Positions 1 through 12,194 are shown, counted from the first letter of the stretch. The stretch: 64,000 nucleotides of DNA from Callorhinchus milii (GCF_018977255.1 NW_024704743.1:67954001-68018000); one strand, 5' to 3'. Notes: generated by a model from the letters alone, not told the origin. Translations and numbers: made by a program.

Positions 1-764
1 TACTCACCCCTCACGCTGCTGAAACTCTGGTCCACGCCTTTATCACCTCAAGGCTGGACTATGGGAACTCTCTCCTCGCCGGCCTTCCCGCCACCTCCCT
101 CCACAAGCTGCAGGTCATTCAGAACTCTGCAGCTCGTGTACTGTCCCGCACCAGGCTTCGGGACCACATCACTCCCACCCTCGCTCGCCTCCACTGGCTC
201 CCCATCCCCCAGAGGATCGAATTCAAGATCCTCATCCTCACCTACAAGGCCATTCACGGCCTTGCTCCCTCCTACCTCTCTGACCTATTATCCCCCTACT
301 TACCTCCCGTACCCTCCGTTCCTCCGGCTCCGGTCTGCTCCACATCCCCCGCCCCAACCGCCCTACCATCGGTGGCCGGGCCTTCAGCCTCTCAGCCCCC
401 AGGCTCTGGAACTCCATCCCCCAGTGCCTTCGCCGCCTCCTCCCTTTCCTCCTTCAAGGCCGGTCTCAAGACCTTTCTCTTTCTCTTTAACCGTGCCTTC
501 AGCTCCCCTCTCGACTCTCTACCCCCTCCTCGCCCCCTCCCTTCCCTCCCCTCACCCTGACCATTTCCCCCCTCCTCGCTCCCTCCCTTCCCTCCCCTCA
601 CCCTAACCATTTCCCCACCTCCTCGCTCCCTCCCCTCCCTCCCCTCACCCTGACCATTTCCCCCCTGCTCGGGTCCTGACCCAACTGTCCAGCGCTATGG
701 GACGTCCTCCCGACGTGAAAGGCGCTCTATAAATGAAATCTTGTTGTTGTTGTTGTTGTTGTTG
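1..764 (+). mobile_element. Young L2-clade LINE, 3' end (ORF2 C-terminus, 3'UTR, (TTG)n tail); continues off the window
   Basis: Frame 3 reads AETLVHAFITSRLDYGNSLLAGLP..LQVIQNSAARVL..DHITPTLARLHWLP..RIEFKIL, followed after a frameshift by GGRAFSLSAPRLWNSIP. Ends GGGACGTCCTCCCGACGTGAAAGGCGCTCTATAAAT then (TTG)n. CpGs are retained. Confidence 0.95.
522..666 (+). repeat. Three tandem copies of a ~46-47 bp pyrimidine-rich unit in the L2 3'UTR
   Basis: CCTCCTCGC..CCTCCCCTCACCCTGACCATTTCCCC recurs with unit starts near 525, 571 and 618. Confidence 0.9.
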
Positions 765-1764
765 TATGCTTCATATAAGGCCCCACCTCTCCTATTCTCT
801 TCTCTTATATTCCTTTCTGCGTTAATGTCTGCATCAAGTTTTCTTTTTAATACATTGATGCTTTTTTTTGCTTCAACCGCAGCTTCCGGCTGTGAGTTAT
901 TGAGTTAGGGTTCCACAAGATTAAGTCACCCTCTGCTACTTGGCAAAATAGAAGACATAGAATCTTTTTAGATTTGTTTCTTTCAATCAAAGTGTTGTAG
1001 AACTTTCAAATGGGATGAATGTGCTTCGTGTGTGTAAAATACAGGTTCCCAGTGTCTGCCCCGAATAGAAAGTGACTGTGCTGGAGTGACGATGCTTCTC
1101 ACAGTGTGATCTGTGAATTAGGAAGTCATTATTGCTAGCTCAGTGGGTGTCAGCAATTCTCGCAATTTTACCCCGACACAATAAATGTAATTTTATTTAA
1201 AGTTGTCTGAAACCAGCAGGCACAAGAGCAAGTTGGTAAAGTTTATGCTGGTGAAAGTAGTATCAAAACAGAGCAATCTGCTGTTTGGCACAAGGCAGCC
1301 TCTCTCCCTGCCCCAACAAATTTCTACTCACTGCAAAGTTCAGAAGAATAATAGCTTGCATTTATATTGCACCCTTTACATAGACCTTTGTCTCGGAGTG
1401 CTTTACAGTTCAGGGGATGAACACCGAACACGAAATAGGGGATGTAGGATGAAATAGAATGTGGATGAAGAGATACGTCTTGGTAAGACAAGAAGGTTGC
1501 AAAAGGGATGAGTGTGGTGAGAGTGATACCGAGGATCCAGCAGGAAATATGGAATAAAATGCAAAGTTAAACCACCGATAAGTACAGTATAACCTCTACC
1601 CAATACAAAACCTTTTTAGTGTGAACATGCTGTTTCAGGGACGCCCAAATTATCCTCAAAGACAACTCTAGTCTGGCATGTGTCTGATTTGGGTACTCTG
1701 ACAACATGCTCCAATCATTCTGCTGGTATGCTCTAATTGTGGAGGATCCACTATGATATCATGT

Positions 1765-1990
1765 ATTTAATGCATACAACCCTCCATGTAAAAAAAATTC
1801 TTCCTGGTATCTGTCCTGAAATTGTTCCTAGCCACCCTAAACCTATGTCGTCTTGTTCTCTGGTCCTGGTACATCCAATAGTATTGTTCTGAGTCTACCT
1901 TCTCAATCTCAATTAATATCTTGTATCCCTCTAAGATCCTCTCTAAAACATCCCTTTTTGAGACTAAAGAGCCCTAGCTTGTCTAATCAT
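1765..1990 (-). mobile_element. Decayed CR1 LINE fragment (ORF2 C-terminal region)
   Basis: Resembles the other CR1 fragments at 9530-9845 and 45600-45850 (GTCCTGAAATTG..AAACCT..TCTTGT). Confidence 0.7.
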
Positions 1991-2469
1991 AGATCATTTC
2001 TCCTCAGTTATTTCCAATAAGCTTAGTCCATTCTTGTAAACTCCAAGGACACTGTTAATTTTACTGGTTGTAGCAAGCTTTTCGAACCTTGAGTATTCCC
2101 TTAATTCAATGGCCCTTATCCAAAAGGCATTAGTTATGGGAAACAGTTTGAAACCAGGTGTAGCTATTTGTTCGAAGAAAAAGAGTGGCAGAGTCAAGCC
2201 TTTCTGCAAAGAAATAGAAAGGAACTCAAAGCGTTTACTGCACCTAATGACTTACATTTGACAACCTTGGTTTTTAACATTTTCTGATTCATTGTGAGCT
2301 GTAACCTAAGATCAGACAAATAATCCATGATTAGATTCCTCTTCTCACCTATCATGTGTACTTGTCTTCCTTACGAATGGCCTTTAACAAGACCACAATC
2401 AGCTGATTACCTTATTAACATAGGCTGACTAACCACTTTTTGGTGTTGGCAGAAGAGGTCACTCTTCTG

Positions 2470-3188
2470 GGAACTGGGACTTTTTTTTCCCCCTGGAACA
2501 AAGAAGGTTAAGTGGTGAACTGTTAGAGGTTTTTAAATTATGAGGGGTTTTGATACAGTCAATAGGGAGAAATTATTTCCACTGGCCGGTGAGTCAGTAA
2601 CTAGAAGGCATCAATTTAAGACAGATAGTAATAATAATAATCCTTGCGTTTGATATAGAGCTTTTCACATTTTCTAGACGTCTCAAAGCGCTTCATAGAA
2701 TATACTGTAAAGTGAATTGACTTTATATTTGTGGGCGAAATGCGGCAGCCAATTGTGCACAGTAGTGTCCCACAAACAGTCGTGGATTGAAGTGACCAAT
2801 TTATTATTGTTTTTTTTCTTGAGGGATTATTGCCAGGCGTGTGGAGTAAGGAAACTTGCCCAAGGTTTCGCCTGCTGGGAATTGAACCCAGGTCTCCCGC
2901 TCATTAGACGAGTGCTCTAATCACTGAGCTACAGTAAATGTGCAACTGGGGAGGTTAGGAGATTTTTTTCATGCCCAGATTAATTAGGATATGGACTGCC
3001 CTGCCAGGAGTGGTAGTTGATGCAAAATCCACATTGATCTTCAAGAGAAAACTAGACAGATACCTTAAAAATTTAAAAATCAGCTACAGAGGTATGGGGA
3101 AGGGGCAGGTAAGTGGGATAGAGCTGGCACAGACACAATGGGCCGAATGGCCTTCTTAAGTGCCGTAAATCTCTGGTTTTATGATTTT
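2470..3188 (+). mobile_element. CR1 LINE 3' fragment, interrupted by a SINE at 2629-2933
   Basis: GGAACAAAGAAGGTTAAG..GAGTCAGTAACTAGAAGGCATCAATTTAAG; ORF 2971 reads IWTALPGVVVDAKSTLIFKRKLDRYL; CR1-type 3' stem GGGCCGAATGGCC. Confidence 0.85.
2629..2933 (-). mobile_element. tRNA-derived Deu-type SINE (short form)
   Basis: Minus strand has a GTAGCTCAGTGATTAGAGCAC..GGGTTCAATTCCC head, the TTGGCTGCCGCATTTCGCCCAC body and an (ATT)n tail. AGTAA is repeated at both junctions. Confidence 0.92.
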
Positions 3189-3844
3189 TCTGACCTCTTT
3201 TATCTCAATTATTAACAAGTCTGCTCAATTCTACTGGTTCACTTATAATAGCAAACAGAATAATACTCCACAAAGTGTACATCAAAAGGAATTCTGATAC
3301 AAGTCAGAATTGCTGCAAGCTCTTAAGAATAAAACATGTAACAAGGCCATTGGAACCATCATCAAACCTAGTAGCTGGATGTCATCCCACTCATTATCTA
3401 CCAAAGGAAGTGCATTACAGATGCTATGGAACCCTTTATGTTAACTTCTGAAGCAGCTCTTCGTCAAATGCTGAGTGTAAAAGCTCCTCGAAACTATGAG
3501 TGTGTGGCATTCACAAGACATTTGCCATCATAGCTAACATTTTTGCTCACGGCACTATTTCAGAAACAATCCCCCAAAAACTGATCAAACCCTTCATGGC
3601 CATTTGTGGGACATTGCCAAGTGTAAACTGGCTGCCGGGAAAGGCAGTAAGGATCATTATTATCATTTCTCAGCCGAGAAAGAGCACAACAAAACAAAAT
3701 GTTGGGTATAAGACAGACCTCTGGCAGATTTGTGACAGAATTTGGTAGCAAATTTCCAGGTGTAACCTAGAAATAGCAGTGCTAATTATAGGTTGTAGTT
3801 TGCATTGTCAACCCTCATCATTGTCTCTTTAAACCAATACTATT

Positions 3845-4012
3845 CTTCTATACTATCTATACTTCTAAAGACAAAATGTTTGTCTGGCTGCCCAGCAACC
3901 AATTAGACGTAGAAACATGATTTATACCTCATTTGAAAGGTCTTGCATTAGGGAATTTTCATGGGCATATTTGTTGGGGGATCTCCTATCGTTGATGAGT
4001 TATATTAAAAAA
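3845..4012 (+). mobile_element. Helitron 5'-end segment (duplicate of 4105-4275)
   Basis: Colinear with 4105-4275: TAAAGACAAAATGT.TGTCTG, AAACATGATTTATACCTCAT..GAAAGGTCT, CATGGGCATATTT, GGATCTCCTAT.GTTGATGAG.TAT. Confidence 0.75.
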
Positions 4013-4304
4013 TTATTTAATTAAGCCCAAAAATATGAGGTATGCATGGTATTCTGCAACAAAGTAGCGACAGAAGAAATCACTCATCCTTTTAGAGAGA
4101 TACATCTATCTATCTTCTATAATAATAAAGACAAAATGTCTGTCTGTGTATCTGTACGCCAATAACGCAATAACCGATTGACATGCAAACATGATTTATA
4201 CCTCATCGGAAAGGTCTGGAATGAGTGAGTGCCATGGGCATATTTTTCAGGGATCTCCTATTGTTGATGAGCTATGATCTAAGCAAGCTCATCACACATG
4301 TATG

Positions 4305-4457
4305 GACTCCAACAAGGAGTCCTCCCACAGGAGTACGACCAACAGGTGCCCTCCCAACAAGGAGCCCTCCCTGCAAGAGTCCTTCGAACCAGGAATCCTC
4401 CCACTGCGTCTTCCCAATGAGTCGTCCCAACAGGAGTCCTCCCAACAGGAGTCCTCG
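4305..4457 (+). repeat. Degenerate ~15-bp minisatellite (GGAGTCCTCCCAACA)n inside the Helitron
   Basis: About 10 imperfect copies, e.g. CAGGAGTCCTCCCAACAGGAGTCCTC. Confidence 0.85.
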
Positions 4458-4491
4458 CAATAGCACATTTTCTAAATCTTAAGGGATAAAG

Positions 4492-4900
4492 ATGCCTAAG
4501 AAATGAAGATGAAGCCTTTCAAGGATAAATAAAAATGGCAGACGAAAGAGAGAAGGCCGATTAAATGAAACTGAAGAACAAAGAACAGCACAGTTGGACT
4601 TCAACGCAGAAAGAGATGCAAGAACATGGCAAAATGAGTTGCCTGCGGAAAGAACAGTTCAGCTGGACTTCAAAGCAGAAAGGCATGCAAGAGCACGGCA
4701 AAATAAATTGCCTGCTCAAAGAACAGAATGGCTGGACTTGAATGTTGAAAGAACTGCAAGAGCACAGCAAAATGAGTTACCCCCTCAAACAACAATTTGG
4801 CTGGACTTGGACACAGAAAGGCATGCAAGTACATGGCAAAATGACACCCAGCAGCAGAGGTCACTCCATTTAGCTGCGCTCTACTATGATCCAGAGTCTA
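4492..4900 (+). pseudogene. Helitron RepHel N-terminal remnant with four 69-bp (23-aa) tandem repeats
   Basis: ATG at 4492: MPKK*R*SLSRINKNGRRKREGRL-NETEEQRTAQLDFNAERDARTWQ-NELPAERTVQLDFKAERHARARQ-NKLPAQRTEWLDLNVERTARAQQ-NELPPQTTIWLDLDTERHASTWQ-NDTQQQRSLHLAALYYDP. Both stops are TGA, consistent with CGA decay. Confidence 0.7.
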
Positions 4901-6244
4901 CGAATCAGATGGCGCCCATCATCACTGAAATCTACATTCCATATTGGATCTTTTGGTTGCAATACAGCTAGTGTTTAATAAGGCCACAAGAAAATGTAAG
5001 AATTGAATTGGCTTGCAAAGTGCACAATTTTCAGTCATGAACTTGAAGTTGCTGAGCTCATTCATTCTACAAAACACACAGTCACTATATGTTTCAGTAA
5101 ATTCTATGAAGTGCTTCAAGACGTCCTCTCGACATGAGAGATGTTGTAACAACTGCAAGGATTTTTTTTAAGGCATTTCATTTAACAATGACAACTACAA
5201 CAACTTGCATTTATATAGCGCCCTTCGCACAGGGTCGCGTCCTGGAGCGCTTTAAGGTATTAGATTGCAACTTCCAGTTTGCTAATCGTGCATTTTCAAT
5301 CTCATTGTCACATTAAATAATTCCATCAAATATGATAAGGTCACAAGCAAGTTTCAGAACATGATTGGGGAAGGCAATAGGCTACATAAATAGAAATGAG
5401 TCATTTTTTATTTTTATCCATGGTTACATTACTATCATTTTATTCAACTATAAAAAATCTGTAACTTCCTATTAGTTCTGTTGCATGCTAAATGTAGTAA
5501 TTAAACTGAACGGAAGTTTTAGTGCTTCAATCCAGGGTCATATCTCTTGACTTTTTGCATTGAAAGCTTGTCAGTGCCTGCTGGCTGGAGAAAAGCTGCT
5601 TCAGCATTCTCATCCAGGCTTTATGTAAATCAAACATAAACATAACTCACAAATTTCATATCAAATTAAAAGGACTGCAATAGATAAAACAGTAAAGACA
5701 CTACAAAATCGCTCTTCACTTAGAAATTATTGGTTTCAATTCAACTAAGGGCATTTTACTGTTTAAAAGCCCTGATTACCATAATCACTTATACTATAGG
5801 CTGTATAAAAATCTATTATGTTTATTCTCTGAACATCCTTGAATAAAGATCTACTATACCACTGTGGAACAGACTTATTTGTGGAACAGCAGGATATGAT
5901 TAAAAGGCAAATCTAATAGCCTTGATACTTTCCATGCCATCTGCATGCTTTCTTCACACAAGGGAATTCAAGGTTCCTTCAAAATGTCAGCACGAGGAGT
6001 CAGGAACACAAGTGGTAGACTGTTCATTTTCCAACTAGATAATTAAGTCTTAGGGCTGCTTGTCACTTATATCCTAATGTCACAATTGGGATTGCTATTG
6101 TACCATACTGGATTGGCAGGATGCCTGGAAACAGTACAGTGTGTATCCTTGGACGGATTTGGGTGAAATGGAATGGCTCGCACTCTTCGCTATAAATGAT
6201 CTTCCAATTGTGCTTATTTCTCGTTCAAATCCCTTCACTGTCTC

Positions 6245-6590
6245 CCAACCTACCCCTGAAACCTCCTCCAACCACACTGGCCCAGACACTCCTTTTTCTC
6301 TGCGAATGCCAGCCTGCATCAGGTACCCTGCCCTCCCCACCACACCATTGATGAGCAGGCCATTCTGCCCTCGCTCTCAGGAACTCCATCCTGCAGTTTC
6401 TCCAACTCGCTTCCTTCCTCCCCTCTTTCAAGATACATTTCAAATCATCTCTTTGGCCAAACTTTCAGTCATCTTTCTCCTCACATTCCCCTTAACTCCC
6501 ACCCACAGCTTGGATTCCCAACCAGAATTGTCAAGCACTTCAAGACATCCTCCCTAGTGAAACACACTATATATAAATTAAAATTGCATT
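6245..6590 (+). mobile_element. Older L2 3' fragment
   Basis: GGAACTCCATCC, TCTTTGGCCAAACTTTCAG, AGCACTTCAAGACATCCTCCCTAGTGAAACACACTATATAAAT. Confidence 0.8.
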
Positions 6591-7616
6591 GTGTAAGTGC
6601 CGATAGTGTTGTCATCAATTCTGCCTTTGATGTGCTTATGACCTTGACATGCCACAAGGATCCTGCATCTAGTAAGGGTCTTATTCACATTCATTTAAAT
6701 GAAAAAGAAATACATGTTTCAAATAAAATAACTCTGCATGTAATCTCAAAGCTATTTCTTGTCCATTGCTGCTCCTGTCAGCTAGCAGTTTCTGAATTTA
6801 AAAATCTCATTTAATATGGATTAAAGAAGACCAGTTTTATCACTATTCTCATTCTGCAGTGTTCTGAGAGATGGTCGTAGAATATTTCAAGGCTCAGAGT
6901 GGGTTACATAGAGGACAACACATCAGATGATTCATGCAAGGGGTTCTCGAGAGAGAGAGGGCTTAGACAAGCATAAATTGGGAGGAGAGGCAGAGAAGAG
7001 GGGGATAAAGGTGCTCTGAGATATTACTGCTGTATTCTTCTTTAAAAGTTATATTGTTCATAGGAAGGAATCCATTTTATTCCTGGTGAATGATTATTGT
7101 AGTACTGCTAGGCGCTAGTCACAGGCTCATAAAATCACACACAAGATTTGGAGTGGATCGCTGTTTTACCAAGCAATGTGAACTACATTGATGTTGGACA
7201 TTAATGGAGTGGATTGCCATACTTCACATCAGTATGAAACACCCAAGCAGAAAGGTTTGTGACAGCTGTGGAAGCCTTTCTGAGTCCTGATTACCCGCTG
7301 GTCTAAGTCAAGCCAAGTCAATTCATTGTAGACAAAGAGTAAGGAATGCAACAATTGGGCTGGGTGCTACTGGGCTAGGGGGAGGGGGAACAGTCCCTAG
7401 CCTGATCACGACACAGTGTGTGTGTGGGCGCGCATGCACACATCACTTCGAACCTGATCAGGCTCAGTTGAGATACTCCCCATAATTGAATAACTGGCGA
7501 TCTAACATTACATATTAATTATTTTTTGGTCAGAAAGCTTTCCACCATGTTTAAGAGCGTCCAAACTAGACAGTTCCAAATACACATGGACATTTCCCTG
7601 TGCCTGGATTCAAATG

Positions 7617-7782
7617 CAACAACAACATTTCATTTATATAGAGCTTTTCACATCGGAAGGACATCCCAAGGCGCTGGACAGTTAAGGGTTTGCATTAAAG
7701 CTGGGGGTTGGAATCAAGAGAGGTGGAGGGTAGTGGGGATGGGAGGGTGGCCAAAAGCACGGTCAAAGAGGAAAATCTTGAA
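7617..7782 (-). mobile_element. L2 3' stub
   Basis: (CAA)n..CATTTATATAGAGCTTTTCACATCGGAAGGACATCCCAAG. Confidence 0.8.
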
Positions 7783-8811
7783 CTACCCACTCTCTCCTCA
7801 GAGGGTCACATCAGCTCACCTAACTTAGGAAAATGCGAAAGTAGGTTGGTGTGAGTGTGCATTGGGGAACCATTGGAGTTCAACTGGTAAAAATCACATA
7901 GCTGGCCATTGCAAACACTGTCTGGCAAGAAGTCCCGCTGCTTGTCAAAGTGGGACCAATCTATCTGTTGGTGCTTTGCTTACAGGGTTATCAGAAGCGA
8001 AGTGAGAAGCATCTCTGCACTCAATGATTTATAGTATTAATTCATCAACATTGAGAAGCAAGCAGGAAGCATAAAAAGATTCTGGGAAAGTGACTAGGCA
8101 GAGTGTTGAAGAGAGTGGAAATATAAGATTGAAATCAAGGAACTTTGAATCTAAACTGTGTGTGTATTGACAAATAATACACATGGCATTCATATAATAC
8201 AGAGACGATAGACACCGGCTGACATAGCAGAAGGTTACTAGCAACAGTGGAACATATCACAGCACAAATGGGGAGNAAAAAACAAACTCTTTTCTGGTAT
8301 TTTTTTCCAGTAAGCATTAAAATCTATCCGATCTCCAACATCTTGAACTAACTTTTGTCTAGTTCAGCTGATTCCCAATGACTGCATCTAGAACTCCTAA
8401 AAATAGGCTGCACAATAAGGTGGCTCTCAAAATCCATCAGGAATGAGGATCCTCAGCTGTCCATTGTAGTCAGTATCTAATAATACACTCACAAGTAAAT
8501 AACTCTGCTGACTTTTAGAATATTCTTATCAAACAAGTCAGCAGAAACAGTCCAGAAGTAACTACAAACTCCAATTCTATAAATCACAAGACACCTGGAG
8601 GCTTAGAAGGATAATATTTCCACCAAGTCTCCTACTCAGCAGTTCAAGAAAAAAAGTTACTCAATGGCATAAATCATACAAAAGGAAGTTTGGCTTAAAG
8701 GAAAACTCTATCCTACTTTCGTTTTACATTTTGAATATTTTAGACACTGAAGAAAATTATCTGCTGGGTGTCTTGAAATTTTAATTGCTTTATTTACTTC
8801 TGGAGACTGCT

Positions 8812-9094
8812 ATAATAATAATAATAATAATCCTTGCTTTTGATATAGTGCCTTATCAGGTCTTTGAGTCATCTGAAAGAGCATCACAGAGTATATCATA
8901 AAGTGAATTGACTGCATAGTTTGTGGGTGAAATGCAGCAGGCATTTCCACACAGCAGTCCCACAAACAGTGGTGTGTTACTACTAAGTAAACAGGCGTGT
9001 GGAGTAAGAAAATTGCCTAAGGTTTCTCCGTGCTTAGGAATTGAACCTGGATCCTCTCGCCTGCGAGTGTATAACTAATACACTACAGGACTCC
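8812..9094 (-). mobile_element. tRNA-derived Deu-type SINE
   Basis: (ATA)n-ATCCTTGC tail, GGCGTGTGGAGTAAG, head ending CTACAGGACTCC. Confidence 0.85.
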
Positions 9095-9359
9095 ACAGAA
9101 CAACTCAATGTTATTCGAATACTATACAATTTTTTATCTATATAGTGCCTTTCGTGTCAGGAGGTCATTGCAAAGTGCTTCACACTGGTATTGGTACCAA
9201 AGGGATACGATTACTTCTATGTGAAGAAATTCTTTCTGGGAAGGTAACGATGCTGGAGCATCTTGCATAATCTAAGTGTACGGCAATTCTTTCCCAAGAA
9301 TTAAGCTGATAAACAGAGCCTGTAATTAATATTATTTTTCAATCTCCCAAATCAAATTG

Positions 9360-9525
9360 GTAATTCACTTCATGGGTGTTTGTGGGTCTTTGCTGTGTGC
9401 AAATTGGCTAATGCATTTGCCTACAAAATACACAGTCACTGTACTTTGTGGGAAATCTTGTGAAGCGCTTTGAGACAGCCTCCCAGTGTGAAACGCACAA
9501 TATCAAATGCAAGGATTATTACTAT
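9360..9525 (+). mobile_element. Deu-type SINE 3' portion
   Basis: TTTGTGGGTCTTTGCTGTGTGCAAATTGGCT..GTGAAGCGCTTTGAGAC..CAAATGCAAGGATTATT. Confidence 0.85.
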
Positions 9526-9529
9526 TTAA

Positions 9530-9845
9530 TAACATGGCCCTTCAGTGCAACTGATCTCATCTCTCCAGAATACCCACCCTACCACGCTCCCATCACAGCA
9601 TCAAGCTGCTTTTTAAATAAATACAATGACCTTGTCTCAAACATCCTTCTTGGCAACCGGTTCCAGTCAATAATTATGCTCTGAGTAAAGAAAACCTTCC
9701 TTGTGCCTGTCCTGAAATTACCCTTTGCAATTTTGAACCTTTGTCTTCTTGTGCTGCTGCCTTGGTGCATCCTAAAATATTGTTCTGCGGGTTATTTTTC
9801 AAATCCACTTAACATTTTATAAATTTCTAAAAGGTCCCCTCTCTG
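9530..9845 (-). mobile_element. CR1 LINE 3' fragment
   Basis: ORF 9579-9770 reads STRRQRFKIAKGNFRTGTRKVFFTQSIIIDWNRLP..FKKQLD, typical of the CR1 ORF2 C-terminus. Confidence 0.85.
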
Positions 9846-9971
9846 AGAATTGGCACAGAAGTGGCAGAATGTGAGTGAGCCAGTCAGCCTGTCTCAGATT
9901 GTAGCCCTCTTGCCTCTAAGTTAACAGGACGGCCAGTTCACTCACGGCAATGTTTCACAAATAGACAAGAT

Positions 9972-11150
9972 CAACAACAACAGCAACAAAATTACATTTC
10001 ACTTCGGGAGGACATCCCAAGATGCTGGACAGTCAGGGTTCAGGACCCAAGCATGGGGGAGGGGTCGGGTAGGGGTAGGGAAGGCAGAGAGGTGGGAGGG
10101 TGACTGAAGGCGCAATCAAAGAGGAGGGTCTTGAGACCGGACTTGAAGAGACATGGAGCAGGCCGGAGCTCGCTGAATGGAGGGAGTTGGTAGGTTGGTA
10201 GGGAGTCAGCAGGTCAGGGAGGTAGAAGGGGGCAAGGCCATGGATGACCTTGAAAATGAGGACAAGGATCTTGAACTCGATCCTCTGGGGGCCAGTGGAG
10301 TCGGGCGAGGGTGGGAGTGATGGGATCGGAGCCTGGTGTGCGAGAGTACACGAGCTGTGGAGTTTTGGATGGTCTGCAGCTTGTGAAGGGAAGAGTTGGG
10401 AAGGCCGATGAGGAGGGAGTTTCCGTAATCGAGCCTTGATGTGCCGAATGCCTGGGTGAGGGTTTCGGCAGCCTGAGGGGTGAGGCAGTGGCGAAATCTG
10501 GCAATGTTGCGGAGCTGGTGGTAGGCAGTGCCGGTCATGGCGCGGATGTGGGGCAGAAAGGACAGTTCAGGGTCAAATAAGATACCCAGGTTCCTGACTG
10601 GCTTAGTGAGGTTGAGTGTGCAGCCGTGGAGGCTGATGCAGCCAGCGCCCGAGGTGTGGAGGTGCTGGCGCGAGCCAGTCAGGGGAGTCTCAGTCGTGTT
10701 GATGTTCAGTTGGAGAAAGTTGGCCCTCGTCCAGGACTTGATGTCAAACAGGCAGTCGGTCAGGACGCCAGTAGCCCTGGAGTTGAGGGTAGACAGAGAG
10801 ATAGAATTGGGTGTCATCTGCATACATGTGGAAATTTACCCCATGCCTGCAGTTGATGTCTCCAAGAAGAGCATGTCGAGGGTGAAGAGGAGGGGACCGA
10901 GGACAGAGCCATGAGGAACGCTACACGAGACAGTGCAGGGGCTGGAGGAGAAGCCGTTTGCTGAGACGAAGTGGAGGCGGTGTGAAAGGTAGGATCTGAA
11001 CCAGTCAAGGACAGAACCTCAACGGTTGAGGTGGGAGGAGAGGCGGTGGAGGAGGATTGAAAGGTCCACAGGCGGCGGAGAGGTCGAGGAGGACGAGGAG
11101 GCAGAGGGTGCCCCGGTCACACATGGCCAGAGCAGTTTCCGTGCTATGGG
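9972..11150 (-). mobile_element. 5'-truncated L2 LINE with RT domain (frameshifted)
   Basis: Minus strand encodes [48 protein letters not shown] and SRLDYGNSLL. (TTG)n tail at about 9972-9990. Confidence 0.95.
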
Positions 11151-11204
11151 CAATACTATTTGGGCAAGGATTACACAACCCCATGATCTCAGAACTCTTT
11201 AACT

Positions 11205-11670
11205 TGTGTCTACTGCACCAGGCTCCATGACCCCATCAACCCCACCCTCGCCCATCTCCACTGGCTCCCCATCACTTAGAAGATAGAACTTAAAATACTC
11301 ATCCGCACTTCCAAGGCCCTCCACGGTCTTGCCCTTCCTACATCTCTGACTTGCTGACCCCCTATCAACCTGCCCTCTGCCGTTCCCCGCCTGACCCGCC
11401 CTACCATCAGCAGCTGGGCTTTCAGCCTTTCTGACCCCACTCTTTGGAACTCCATCCCACAATCCCTTTGCCTTGTTCCCTCTTTTGCCTCCTTGAAGAC
11501 ACAACTCAAGTGCCTCCTTTTTGACCGTGCCTTCAGCTGCCCTCCTACCCGTCTGCCTTCTCTCATCCCAAAACTGACCCCACGCTCGGGTCCTGATCCC
11601 TAACTGTTAAGCACCTTGGGATGTCCTCCCGATGGGAAAGGCGCTTTACAAATGCAATTTTGTTGTTGTT
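11205..11670 (+). mobile_element. L2 3' fragment
   Basis: CTCCACTGGCTCCCCATC..TGGAACTCCATCCC..GGGATGTCCTCCCGATGGGAAAGGCGCT..(TGT)n. Confidence 0.9.
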
Positions 11671-12178
11671 AACTCTGCAGCCCATGTCCCCTCTTGCACT
11701 AGGTTCCATGACCTTATCACCCCCATCCTTGCCCAACTCCACTGGCTTCCCATCACACAGAGGATACAGTTCAAGATCCTGGTCCTCATCTTCAAAATCC
11801 TCCATCCACCCTCCACCTCTCTGACCTGCTAACCCCCTACCATCCTATTCGCTTCCTCCGCTCAGCGTGCTCTGGCCTGCTTCATGTCTCCCACCTCGCT
11901 CACCCCACTGTCGGTGGGCGGACCTTCCGCCACTCTGCACCCACCCTCTGGAACTCCATCCCACAGTCCCTCCATCTCGCCCCTCCCTCACCACCTTCGA
12001 GACCCATCTTAAGACCCTCCTCTTCAATCGTGCTTTCGACCTCCCTGCTTTCCCCCCTGCACTCCCACCTCCCCCACCCCAACCCTCAGCTCGGGTCCGA
12101 AACTCTGTCTGTCTTGCGCCTTGGGACGTCCTCCCGACGTGAAAGGCACTATACAAATATAAATTTGTTGTTGTTGTT
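11671..12178 (+). mobile_element. Second L2 3' fragment directly in tandem
   Basis: NSAAHV..DLITPILAQLHWLPITQRIQFKIL; ends GGGACGTCCTCCCGACGTGAAAGGCACTATACAAAT(TTG)n. Confidence 0.92.
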
Positions 12179-12194
12179 AAGCACATGGCGGGAT

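Larger units (their letters stand above)
4105..4971 (+). mobile_element. Non-autonomous, internally deleted Helitron
   Basis: Starts A|TCTATCTATC..ATAATAAAG and ends CAGCTAG|T, i.e. 5'-TC and CTAG-3' between A and T with no TSD. Contains an internal minisatellite and a RepHel-like N-terminal coding remnant. The 3' subterminal hairpin is not clear. Confidence 0.75.

Noticed and set aside
61..606. 181-aa proline-rich ORF
   Set aside because: It is an alternate frame of C-rich L2 sequence. The real coding frame is the L2 ORF2 remnant.
3300..3530. ELLQALKNKTCNKAIG-like peptide resembling the LINE pre-RT region
   Set aside because: Too short and degenerate to support without a search.
4305..4860. 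CRISPR-like array
   Set aside because: The repeats are contiguous tandem units without unique spacers, there are no cas genes, and the context is eukaryotic.
8276..8276. Ambiguous base N (also at 27069)
   Set aside because: Assembly ambiguity, not a biological feature.
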